Origin: an uncultured Candidatus Entotheonella sp.
GTDB taxonomy: Bacteria > Tectomicrobia > Entotheonellia > Entotheonellales > Entotheonellaceae
DNA length: 64,000 bases
Reading direction: 5' to 3'
NCBI GenBank assembly: GCA_965215335.1
Contig: CBDCDA010000001.1
Location: 1,664,001-1,728,000 of the forward strand
The notes beneath the pieces are model-generated. The model searched no databases. It was given only the letters and a program-made list of their open reading frames with translations, and was not told the DNA's origin. Within the stretch, counting starts at the first letter, position 1, and every line of letters begins with the position of its first letter. Shown here piece after piece: positions 47,031 through 55,706 of the stretch. The translations under genes were made by a program, and so were the position numbers.

Positions 47031-47431
47031 TACGATCCGGTGATCCTGGCAGGTGCTATTTCTCCAGCCCGCCGTCGGTAGTCCCTGACGGCAGCCTTCA
47101 CGGCGTCCTCGGCGAGGACGGACGTATGCACCTTCTGGGGGCTCAGGCCGCCGAGCGCCTCGTTCACCTCGGCGCGCGTCAGCGGCGTGGGTTCGTCAAC
47201 GCTACGTCCGATGAGCAGTTCGGTGGTTACCGACCCGGCGGCAATGGCCGCCGGGCAGCCCATCGTCTTGAATCTGGCTTCGGTGATGCGCGCGCCGACG
47301 ATGCGCAGGGTGAGATGCATGACGTCGCCGCAGGCCGGGTTGGAAACTTCCGCCGCGGCGTCGGGAGGGTCGATGACGCCGATGTTGCGGGGGTTGTCGA
47401 AGTGCTCGTGGATCGTGTCCGAGTATTGCAT
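47030..47431 (-). CDS. iscU: Fe-S scaffold protein, IscU/NifU-N type
   Basis: HFDNPRNIG, NPACGDVM, FKTMGCPAAIA. Confidence 0.9.
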   Translation of the reverse strand: MQYSDTIHEHFDNPRNIGVIDPPDAAAEVSNPACGDVMHLTLRIVGARITEARFKTMGCPAAIAAGSVTTELLIGRSVDEPTPLTRAEVNEALGGLSPQKVHTSVLAEDAVKAAVRDYRRRAGEIAPARITGS

Positions 47432-47457
47432 GCCATGTCCTCCTCGCGCGTCCCGCA

Positions 47458-48600
47458 TCACGCGCCGCGGGCCCGCGCCACGATGTCCGGCAGGATGTCA
47501 AGGACGTAGTCGATGTCGTCCGCCGTGGTCGAGCGTCCCAGGCTGAACCGCAACGCTCCGTGCAGATAGGGTCGCGGCACGCGCATGGCCCGTAGCACGT
47601 GCGACGGCGCCAGCGACCCGGAACTGCACGCCGAACCGGTCGAGATGGCCACCCCTTGCAGATCCAGGCTCATCATCAGCGCCTCGCCCTCCGCCCCGGC
47701 AAAGGCGACGTTCGTGGTGCCCGGCAGCCGCGGCGCCGCCCCGCCCTGCATGCGCACCTCGCCAATGCGTTCCCGGATGCCGTGTTCAAGGCGCAGCCGA
47801 AGTCGCTTCTGGCGTTCGCCCTCGGCTGCCATGTCGCCGGCGGCGAGGGTGCAAGCCTTGCCCAGCGCGGCGATGCCGGGAACGTTCTCGGTGCCGGAGC
47901 GCCGCCCGCGCTCCTGATGGCCGCCGTTCAGGAGCGGTCGCAACCCCGCGGGCGAACGCTCGTACCAGCCGCCAATTCCCTTCGGGGCGTAGATTTTGTG
48001 CCCGGAAAAGGAAAGAAAATCCACCCCCAGATCGTCCACCGCCAGCGGCACCTTGCCAAATGCCTGCACCGCGTCGGTGTGCACTAGGACGCCGCGTTCG
48101 TGCGCCAGTCGAGCAATGTCGGAGACGGGCTGCAGCGTGCCGACTTCGTTGTTGGCGACCATGATCGACACCAGAATGGTCTGATCGGTCAGACTGTCGC
48201 GCACCGCCTGCGGGTCGACGAGCCCGCGTTCGTCCACTGGTATGTAGGTGACCTCATAGCCTTGCCGTTCGAGAGCGGCGCAGGCGTCGAGGACGGCGGG
48301 ATGCTCGATTTGCGAGGTGACCAAGTGGCGGCCGTGTTCGCGGCGGGCCTGCGCTACACCCTTGACGATGGTGTTATTGGCCTCGGTGCCGCCACTGCTG
48401 AAAATGACCGACGACGAGGGCGCTCCCAGCACGTCGGCAACGGCGTCGCGGGCGTCGTCGACGGCCACCCGAGCCCGCCGGCCGTAATGGTGCACGCTCG
48501 ACGGGTTGCCGAACGCCGCGCGGTGGTAGGGCAGCATCGCTTCGAGCACGTCGGGCAGAACGGGCGTCGTGGCGCCATGATCCAGATAAACGTAGCGCAT
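47458..48600 (-). CDS. iscS: Cysteine desulfurase
   Basis: YLDHGATT, FGNPSS, HTDAVQ, SGHKIYAPKG, STGSACSS. Confidence 0.95.
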   Translation of the reverse strand: MRYVYLDHGATTPVLPDVLEAMLPYHRAAFGNPSSVHHYGRRARVAVDDARDAVADVLGAPSSSVIFSSGGTEANNTIVKGVAQARREHGRHLVTSQIEHPAVLDACAALERQGYEVTYIPVDERGLVDPQAVRDSLTDQTILVSIMVANNEVGTLQPVSDIARLAHERGVLVHTDAVQAFGKVPLAVDDLGVDFLSFSGHKIYAPKGIGGWYERSPAGLRPLLNGGHQERGRRSGTENVPGIAALGKACTLAAGDMAAEGERQKRLRLRLEHGIRERIGEVRMQGGAAPRLPGTTNVAFAGAEGEALMMSLDLQGVAISTGSACSSGSLAPSHVLRAMRVPRPYLHGALRFSLGRSTTADDIDYVLDILPDIVARARGA

Positions 48601-48617
48601 GTCGTCAGCGACCCGGC

Positions 48618-49565
48618 TCAGCCGTCATGGTCTTGCCGCAAGGTCGCCACGTGGGCGGTCACGCAGCGCCCCAGGGCTTCCACGTTGTAGCCGCCTTCGA
48701 GCACCGAGATAAGGCGGTTCCGGGAGCAGACGGTGGCGATTTCCTTGACCACCTCGGTCATGCGCCGATATCCTGCCTCGCTCACTTGCATGTGCGCCAG
48801 CGGGTCGGCATAGTGGGCATCGAAGCCGGCGGACACGAGCACGCAGTCGGGACGGTATTCCAGGGCGCGCGGCAGGATGGCCTGCTCGAAGACCGTCACG
48901 TAGGCGTCGTCACCGGTACCAGCCGGCAGGGGAAAATTCAGGGTGTACCCCGCGCCGCTGCCGGAACCGGTCTCGCTGCTGGCGCCGGTGCCGGGATAGA
49001 ACGGGTATTGATGCGTGCTGACGTACAGGACGCTCGCATCGGCCTCGAAAATGTGCTGCGTGCCGTTGCCGTGATGCACGTCCCAGTCGATGATCAGGAG
49101 GTTGTCCAGCCCGTGCCGCTTCTGCAGGTAGCGCGCCAGGATGGCGACGTTGTTGAACAGGCAGAACCCCATGGAACGGTGCGCCTCGGCGTGATGGCCG
49201 GGCGGCCGCACGGCGCAAAACGCCTGCGACACCTCGCCGCTCACCACGGCGTCGGCAGCCGCCAGGGTGCCGGCCACCGCTTGCAGCGCGACGGCGTAGG
49301 AATCGTGGCTGACGATGGTATCGGGATCGAGCGCGGCACGGCCCCGTTGACTGGCCGCCCGCAACCGCTGCATTACCTCGGCGTCATGCACCTCGGCCAC
49401 CCAGGCTTGCGGATCGTCATCCCAGCCGAGATGCACCAGTTGCCGCGACTGGTCGCTGGCTTCCAGGGTCTGCATGACCGCTTCGAGCCGTCCGGCGTGT
49501 TCGGGATGGTGCCCGCCGGTGTCGTGCTTCAGATAATCGGGATGGTAGACCAGACCTGTGTCCAT
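48618..49565 (-). CDS. Histone deacetylase family protein
   Basis: HPE..GRL, RPPGHHA, GFCLFNN, DWDVHHGNGTQ, SAGFDAH..DPL, LEGGY. Confidence 0.93.
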   Translation of the reverse strand: MDTGLVYHPDYLKHDTGGHHPEHAGRLEAVMQTLEASDQSRQLVHLGWDDDPQAWVAEVHDAEVMQRLRAASQRGRAALDPDTIVSHDSYAVALQAVAGTLAAADAVVSGEVSQAFCAVRPPGHHAEAHRSMGFCLFNNVAILARYLQKRHGLDNLLIIDWDVHHGNGTQHIFEADASVLYVSTHQYPFYPGTGASSETGSGSGAGYTLNFPLPAGTGDDAYVTVFEQAILPRALEYRPDCVLVSAGFDAHYADPLAHMQVSEAGYRRMTEVVKEIATVCSRNRLISVLEGGYNVEALGRCVTAHVATLRQDHDG

Positions 49566-49681
49566 GATGTCCTCGGCTGTATCGGATCCTTGAGAACTAC
49601 GGGAGAAACGATGATGCGGGCGAGTATACTCGCCGAGCCATCCGGCATCAACAGCCCCGCATGGTGGGCGGTGCAAGCACC

Positions 49682-50731
49682 ATGAAGGCGATGATTCTGG
49701 CGGCGGGCTCGGGAACGCGCCTGCGACCGCTGACCGACCGGGCGCCCAAGCCGCTGCTGCCGCTCATGCTGACCCCCATGGTGGGGCATTTGCTGGCGCA
49801 ACTGCATGACCAGGGCGTGCGTGAGGTGGTGATCAATGGGCATCACCTGGCGGACCAACTGGCGGCGTGGCTTGGCGATGGCAGCCGGTGGGGCCTGTGC
49901 CTCGCGTTCGCCCATGAGCCGGAAATTCGGGGAACCGCCGGCGCGCTCAAGAACGCGGAATCGTTCTTGCGGGGGGCACCGTTTCTGGTCATCAACGCCG
50001 ACGTACTGGCCGACTTCGACCTGCAGGCCTTGTGGGCGTGGCATCGTGCCCGCGGGGCGCTGGTGACGATGGTCGTCAGACCTGACCCGGCGGCTCGCCT
50101 CCTTGGCGCCGTGGTGGTGGATGAGCGTGACCGGGTGCAGCGGATCAACGGCCGCCCGGAAGAAAAAGCAAGATCACTGGATTCCGGCTTGCGCCGGAAT
50201 GACGAGACGATTTTCACCGGCATTCAGATCGTCGGACCACAAGTGCTCGATGCCATCCCCGCCAACCGTTTCGTGAGCACGACTGCCGACACCTATCCGC
50301 GCTTGCTGCAAGGCGGCCGGCCGGTTCTGGCTTATCGCCACCCCGGCTACTGGCTGGACGTGGGTGTGCCGGAACGCTATCTGCGAGCTCACTGGGACCT
50401 GCTGGACGGCGCCCTGGGCGCGTCGTGGGAGGCCCGGCTGCCGGCTGGCAGCCGGGTGCTGCGCGGCACAGGTGAACAGTGTCTTGACGGCGCCATTCTC
50501 AGCCCGCCTGTCGTGCTCGGTGCCGGCGTGACGCTTGCCGCCGGCGTGCGGGTCGGTCCGTATGCCGTGCTCGGTGCCGGGTGCCGTCTCGGGCCAAATG
50601 TCGAGGCGCGGGAGAGCGTCTTGGGCGACAACGCAACCATCGGCGCCGGCGCTGCCCTGCGGCGCTGCATCCTGGGTCCGAGCGTGCGGGTCCCGAGCGG
50701 GCAGTCTCTTCAAGAGGAGCGCCTCGTATGA
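49682..50731 (+). CDS. Sugar-1-phosphate nucleotidyltransferase (MurU/GCD1-like) with hexapeptide tail
   Basis: MKAMILAAGSGTRLRPLT..PKPL, GTAGAL, WLDVG. Confidence 0.9.
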   Translation: MKAMILAAGSGTRLRPLTDRAPKPLLPLMLTPMVGHLLAQLHDQGVREVVINGHHLADQLAAWLGDGSRWGLCLAFAHEPEIRGTAGALKNAESFLRGAPFLVINADVLADFDLQALWAWHRARGALVTMVVRPDPAARLLGAVVVDERDRVQRINGRPEEKARSLDSGLRRNDETIFTGIQIVGPQVLDAIPANRFVSTTADTYPRLLQGGRPVLAYRHPGYWLDVGVPERYLRAHWDLLDGALGASWEARLPAGSRVLRGTGEQCLDGAILSPPVVLGAGVTLAAGVRVGPYAVLGAGCRLGPNVEARESVLGDNATIGAGAALRRCILGPSVRVPSGQSLQEERLV

Positions 50732-51774
50732 TCACCGGCAAGCCGACCTTGACGCTTGAACGGTTGCAGCCGTTTCTGCCTGCCCTGCTGCCCGGCGCTT
50801 CCGAGAATCTTTCCTTCACGCCCCTGACAGCCGACGCCTCGACGCGTCGCTACTACCGGCTGCGCTGGGCGGCATCCGCCACCGGTTACCCGGCCAGTTG
50901 CGTGGTGATGCACGGCGACCCGTGGCCGGCTGAGGAATCGCCGGATTTTCTGACCGTCGGGCGGCATCTGCGGGCCTGCGGCGTGCGTGTGCCGGAGGTT
51001 TACGGCGTCCAGCCTGCCGCCGGGCTGATGTGCCTGGAGGATTATGGCGACCGGGCCCTGGCGGCGCAGTGGCGACATGGCGACCTGGAGGACCGCCTGC
51101 GCTGGGGCCGGCAGGCCGTGGACGAGATCGTGAAGATGCACACCCGGGCGACGCAAAGGGTCGATCCTGCATGCCCGGCCTTTGATCTGGCATTTGATGT
51201 GGACAAGTTGACGAGCGAGCTATACTTCTTCCAAATACACGCCGTTGTCGAACTCTGGCAGCAATCCCTGGGGCCAAACGACTGCCGGGCCTGGGACAGC
51301 GCCTTCCATGCCCTGTGCGTCCCGCTCGCGGAAGCAACGCGATTCTTCTGCCACCGGGACTACCACGGCTGGAACCTCATGGTGCATGACGGCTTGGTCA
51401 GCGTGCTCGATTTTCAGGACGCCCGCATGGGGCCGCAACCTTATGACCTGGCCTCGCTTCTCACTGACCGCGGCACTGCCGACCTGCTCACTGCCGATGG
51501 CACGGCGGCATTGATTGCTCACTACCTGGACAGGTGGCAGGCCGAAAGCGGCCAGACGGTGGACAAGGACGAATTCGCGTGGTTGTTCGACATGGCCGCC
51601 GCGCAGCGCTGCCTCAAGGCCATCGGCACGTTTGCCGCCATGCACGTCGTTCATGACCGACCGCAGTATCTGCCCTACATCCCCCCGACGCTGGCCTATC
51701 TGCGGCCCTTGATGCAGCGCTACGAGCATCTGCGACCCCTTGCCGACTTGCTGAGACGGTTTACGCCCCTGTAA
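50728..51774 (+). CDS. Phosphotransferase, AmgK-like
   Basis: DASTRRYYR, LEDYGD, HRDYHGWNLM, LDFQDARMGP..YDLASLL, QRCLKAIGTF; coupled to the nucleotidyltransferase. Confidence 0.85.
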   Translation: MITGKPTLTLERLQPFLPALLPGASENLSFTPLTADASTRRYYRLRWAASATGYPASCVVMHGDPWPAEESPDFLTVGRHLRACGVRVPEVYGVQPAAGLMCLEDYGDRALAAQWRHGDLEDRLRWGRQAVDEIVKMHTRATQRVDPACPAFDLAFDVDKLTSELYFFQIHAVVELWQQSLGPNDCRAWDSAFHALCVPLAEATRFFCHRDYHGWNLMVHDGLVSVLDFQDARMGPQPYDLASLLTDRGTADLLTADGTAALIAHYLDRWQAESGQTVDKDEFAWLFDMAAAQRCLKAIGTFAAMHVVHDRPQYLPYIPPTLAYLRPLMQRYEHLRPLADLLRRFTPL

Positions 51775-51888
51775 AAGCGACTCCCTGCCTTCCCAGCGTG
51801 TCGACGTGTACACCGCTGCCCGTGTCGGGTGAACCGTAGCAAGACAGGAGTATGTGGGGCGGTTGCCGGGCAGGTCCAATCGGGGCCG

Positions 51889-52005
51889 TCAGCGGCTGTA
51901 CTTCCGCTCGCCCTTGCTGACGCGCAGGCGCGCGCGCCGCAACTTGGCTTTCAGCGTGGCTTTCAGACGGGCTGTTTTGTTGCGTTTTTTCGTTGGCGTT
52001 TTCAT
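51889..52005 (-). CDS. 38-aa highly basic small protein (absent from the ORF track)
   Basis: MKTPTKKRNKTARLKATLKAKLRRARLRVSKGERKYSR*, with GGAGG upstream. Confidence 0.7.
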   Translation of the reverse strand: MKTPTKKRNKTARLKATLKAKLRRARLRVSKGERKYSR

Positions 52006-52043
52006 CCTTTATCCTCCCACATCCTGACGGCGCTCGAGGCCGC

Positions 52044-52388
52044 TCATGGCGTGTCGACTTGTGCGCTCCCGGCCAGGCGCCGCAGCGCGCGCTTGCGCTT
52101 CTTGATGTCCAGCCGGGCGCGGTTCAAGCTGTTTGCATCGTTGACTGCCAGAGCCTCATCGCGCGTGTCCTTCAACGAACGAATCTCCTTCTTGAGGACC
52201 GCTTTGTCACCGGAAATCTTCATCTGTACCGCCCGTGCCGGCGTCTTGGTGTCGATGCCCAAAAAGCCGGCCAGCGCCTCGACCAACTGGGCTTTGGACA
52301 TGCCGCTGACACCGGCGATGCCGCCGTGCTGCATCGCTTCCTGACGCAGCCTGACGACGGTCATTTTTTGCAATTCCTGTAGCGTCAT
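52044..52388 (-). CDS. Small protein with a Rho N-terminal-like helical domain
   Basis: ELQKMTVVRLRQEA..IAGVSGMSKAQLVEAL; basic coiled-coil C-terminus. Confidence 0.7.
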   Translation of the reverse strand: MTLQELQKMTVVRLRQEAMQHGGIAGVSGMSKAQLVEALAGFLGIDTKTPARAVQMKISGDKAVLKKEIRSLKDTRDEALAVNDANSLNRARLDIKKRKRALRRLAGSAQVDTP

Positions 52389-52582
52389 CCCTGCAACTCC
52401 CCTGTCTGGCCCTTCAAAAACTCCGATCCGCACCTGCATGGCGGAGGACGCAATGTATCATACTTCCCGCGACCCCTCAAACCCGCACGGCGTGCGGGGA
52501 TTTGACGATTCCGCGCACCGTCGTGTAGGCTTCCCGCCTACCGCCGGACCGCACGTGCCGGCCCTCACGCCCTGGAGATGGC

Positions 52583-53077
52583 ATGGCATTTTTCGACCTC
52601 ATGCGCGCGCTTCACCTCCTGTCCATGATCGTCGTCCTGGGCGGCTACATCTTTCTCGCCGCGTTCTGGCTGCCGGTGCTCAGGCGCAGCCCCGAGGACG
52701 TGCGCGTCCGGGTGCACTTCCTGGCTCGCACCCTGCGACCTTTCTTCACCATCGTCGTCCTGGCCCTGATGCTGCTGATCCTGACGGGCGGGCTGTACCT
52801 GCTGCCGCCGGCCTACCGGGCTTTCGGCGCCGGCGACGAACCGGCCCTGGCGGCGTTTCATCTTGCCCTGATCCTCAAACTGGCGTCCGTCTTCGGGGTG
52901 GCCTTTCTCGTGCCCATGCAACTCTTCGGCATGGCCTTCCGCCTGACCCGCATGGACGCCGGCATCTATCCCCTGGACGCCGAGGTGGTTGACCGCGTTA
53001 CCGGACGCATGCAGGTCGTTTCCTGCCTCATCATTGCCCTTCTGGTCCTGACCGTGGTGTTATCGACGCGGCTCTAG
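52583..53077 (+). CDS. Four-TM membrane protein (CopD-like)
   Basis: RALHLLS..VLGG, LILTGG, LILKL; RBS GGAG. Confidence 0.7.
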   Translation: MAFFDLMRALHLLSMIVVLGGYIFLAAFWLPVLRRSPEDVRVRVHFLARTLRPFFTIVVLALMLLILTGGLYLLPPAYRAFGAGDEPALAAFHLALILKLASVFGVAFLVPMQLFGMAFRLTRMDAGIYPLDAEVVDRVTGRMQVVSCLIIALLVLTVVLSTRL

Positions 53078-54437
53078 CAGCCGCGGCCAGCAGCTCCGCG
53101 CGGGTGTTGCGCGTGGGGTCGTCGAGCACGTCATGCAGCAGATCGTTCAGAATCCGTCCCATGGCCGGACCGGGCGCAACGCCGATTTGCCGCAGGTCGT
53201 TGCCATCGACCGCAAGATCTTTGAGCCCCAAGGGCGAACCGCGCCCGATTTCAACGCGCAGGCGTCGGCGCACGTCCAGCAGGTCGTCGATCCCCTGGGC
53301 AGCGTGGTTGGCAAGACGGTCGGCCATGCGAAGATCGATCACCATGAGCGCCTCGTCGCACCCCAGCCGGTGGACGAAATGGCGCAGGCTTCCCGCCTGC
53401 GCCAGGGCATCGACCTCGAATTCACTGCCGGCGATCAAGGCGGCGACCAAGGCGGGCCGCGCGCCAATGGTGGTGGCGCGCAATGCTTCCAGGCGTTCCC
53501 GGGCCAGCCCGGCAGTCCAGCGCAACGGCGCCTGCCGGGCATTTGCCGATTCGTCTTCGGCTGGCCGGCAATCAAGCCACAGTGCCGCCAGCAGCACGTG
53601 CAGGTCGCCGCGGTTGAGCAGGTCGGCCCCTTGCTGCACGGCGTCGAGCCGTCGCAGGCTGCGTCCGAACAGGCTGGTCTCCAGCGGCACATCCCCCGCC
53701 GCCCGGGCGTCGCGAACAGTCGTCAGGCGGTCGATCTCGGGAAACAGATGCGGCAGCAAGCCCACCTCGTGCATCAGGACAAAGCCGTGCGACGGCCTGG
53801 GCGCCTGGAAAAGCTTCTGCAATTCCATGGCAATCCGTTCGGGTGCCACGGTACCCATCGAAGCGGCGTGCGCCGCCATCGCCGCCCGCGTTTCCGGCTC
53901 GACGTGCAGCCCGAAACGGCTGGCAAACTGCACCCCGCGCAGCATGCGCAGGGGGTCCTCGGGAAAGGCCAGCGGGCTGACCTGCCGCAGCACCCGCGCC
54001 TCCAGGTCGGCGTGCCCGCCGAACGGGTCGATGAGGCGTTCGTCAAGCAGGTCGAGCGCCATTGCGTTGATCGTAAAATCGCGGCGCTCGAGGTCGGTTT
54101 CAATGGGCAGGGCAGGATCGAAGGCCACCTCGAAATCCCGGTGGCCGACGCCGGTGGAGGTTTCAACGCGAGGCATCGCAATGTCGATGGGCGGGCCGTC
54201 CCACTCGCGCGGCAGGAATTTGAGCACCCCGAAGGCCTGCCCGACGCGCTGTACCCGCCCACGGCGGCGCAACAGACGCATCAGGTCGTTTTGGGGCAAC
54301 CCGGCAACCAGCAGATCGAGGTCTTTGTACGCCTTGCCCAGCAGGAAATCCCGCAGCGTGCCGCCCACCATGCAGACGCGCCCGCCGGCTTCGCGGACGG
54401 CGTCTACGAGCGACAGAACGGCGGGGTGCAGATCCAT
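53031..54437 (-). CDS. cca: tRNA nucleotidyltransferase (CCA-adding/poly(A) polymerase family)
   Basis: VGGTLRD..KDLD, DLERRDFTINAMA, DPFGG, EDPLRMLRGVQF, ERI. Confidence 0.85.
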   Translation of the reverse strand: MDLHPAVLSLVDAVREAGGRVCMVGGTLRDFLLGKAYKDLDLLVAGLPQNDLMRLLRRRGRVQRVGQAFGVLKFLPREWDGPPIDIAMPRVETSTGVGHRDFEVAFDPALPIETDLERRDFTINAMALDLLDERLIDPFGGHADLEARVLRQVSPLAFPEDPLRMLRGVQFASRFGLHVEPETRAAMAAHAASMGTVAPERIAMELQKLFQAPRPSHGFVLMHEVGLLPHLFPEIDRLTTVRDARAAGDVPLETSLFGRSLRRLDAVQQGADLLNRGDLHVLLAALWLDCRPAEDESANARQAPLRWTAGLARERLEALRATTIGARPALVAALIAGSEFEVDALAQAGSLRHFVHRLGCDEALMVIDLRMADRLANHAAQGIDDLLDVRRRLRVEIGRGSPLGLKDLAVDGNDLRQIGVAPGPAMGRILNDLLHDVLDDPTRNTRAELLAAAARAASITPRSGPEGQ

Positions 54438-54465
54438 GGTGCTGCGGCAATCCTGTGCAGGGTCT

Positions 54466-54669
54466 TCAGCGCAACGGGTCGGGTATGGGATAGCGGCGGT
54501 ACGTGATCACTTTCTCGTCGGGGCTCAGCGTGCAGCGCTTCACGGAGTCCTGCATGCTCTCGCGCAGCAGCCCCTGGTGGGAACGCCAGAAGCGCAGCGC
54601 CTTGCGTTTGGCTTCCAGGCGATTGCGACCGGTAAATTCGAGGACGCCTTGCGGCGGCGTCAGGGTCAT
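54466..54669 (-). CDS. Hypothetical 67-aa protein
   Basis: Plausible RBS and composition; sits directly upstream of cca. Confidence 0.55.
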   Translation of the reverse strand: MTLTPPQGVLEFTGRNRLEAKRKALRFWRSHQGLLRESMQDSVKRCTLSPDEKVITYRRYPIPDPLR

Positions 54670-55071
54670 AGCGCGTCTACCTTCGTGATGTAGACGAAAA
54701 AAACCGAATCACCTCTCTCCTCCGAACCCTGAATCAGGTTCAGGACGGGCTCTTGGGGAAAGCGCTCGGCTGCTATGCACCCTTATTGAGGTAAACGGTC
54801 AGGGACGGCTCACCTCCTGATTCCCCGCGCAGAACAGAGAAATAACGACAATTTCAGATAATCGGCATGATCGAACAGGATCGCCCGATTCCATAAACCT
54901 CTTTCATGTTGGAGTGACGTGTGGGCATCGCTCATCGGCTCGGTCGTCCGGTTGATGCCCGTCTGGCAGAGGGAGCCTATACCATTCTCCGAAGGACAGC
55001 ACAAGCCAAATACAGCATGCCTGAGACATAACTCTGCCGCTTCCAGACTTTTCCCATTCCCGTCGTGACCG

Positions 55072-55692
55072 TCAGTCATGGGGGGTGATTTTATGTCGAA
55101 CCCGGGGATGGTCCGAAGATGCCTCGGCCACCCCGGCCAGCAGATTACCCAGCAGGCGCAGGCCGTGGCCGTTTTCCATGGTCAGAATCGACTCGGGGTG
55201 AAACTGCACGCCCTCGATGGGCAGCGAGCGGTGGCGGATGCCCATCACCACGTCGCCCCAGGTCGCGGTCACCTCGAAAACGTCGGGAATCACGTCGCCG
55301 ACCAGGGAGTGGTAGCGGCCTACCGGCAGCGGCGACGGCAGGTCCTCGTAGAGGCCCTGGCCGTAATGGTCGATCGCGCTCTGCTTGCCGTGGTAGGGGC
55401 GCGGCAGCACCCGTAGCGTGCCGCCGAAATACTCGATCATCGCCTGATGGCCCAGGCACACCCCGAACAGCGGCACGTGCCGGTGGAAATGATCGATGCA
55501 GGCCAGCAGGTTGCCGGCGTTGGCGGGCGTCGACGGGCCTGGCGAGAAGACCAGCAAGTCCGGCGCCGACGCCGCCACGAGGTCCACCGGGATGTCGTTG
55601 CGGTACACCCGCACGGCGCATTCGAGGCGGCGAAAGTAATCGACCAGGTTGAAGGTGAACGAATCGAAATTGTCGATCATGGTGACGTTCAT
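55072..55692 (-). CDS. trpG: Anthranilate synthase component II
   Basis: MIDNFDSFTFNL, SPGPS, GVCLGHQ, RYHSL, GVQFHPES. Confidence 0.93.
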   Translation of the reverse strand: MNVTMIDNFDSFTFNLVDYFRRLECAVRVYRNDIPVDLVAASAPDLLVFSPGPSTPANAGNLLACIDHFHRHVPLFGVCLGHQAMIEYFGGTLRVLPRPYHGKQSAIDHYGQGLYEDLPSPLPVGRYHSLVGDVIPDVFEVTATWGDVVMGIRHRSLPIEGVQFHPESILTMENGHGLRLLGNLLAGVAEASSDHPRVRHKITPHD

Positions 55693-55706
55693 GGAAATCC
55701 CCCCGT

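Noticed and set aside
53104..54693. 529-aa plus-strand ORF and other long antisense ORFs (e.g. 3357-5030, 12632-14176, 21772-23364, 41610-43085)
   Set aside because: These are shadow frames of well-supported genes in high-GC DNA and show no recognisable motifs.
54810..55079. 89-aa ORF after trpG
   Set aside because: No recognisable motif and atypical composition.
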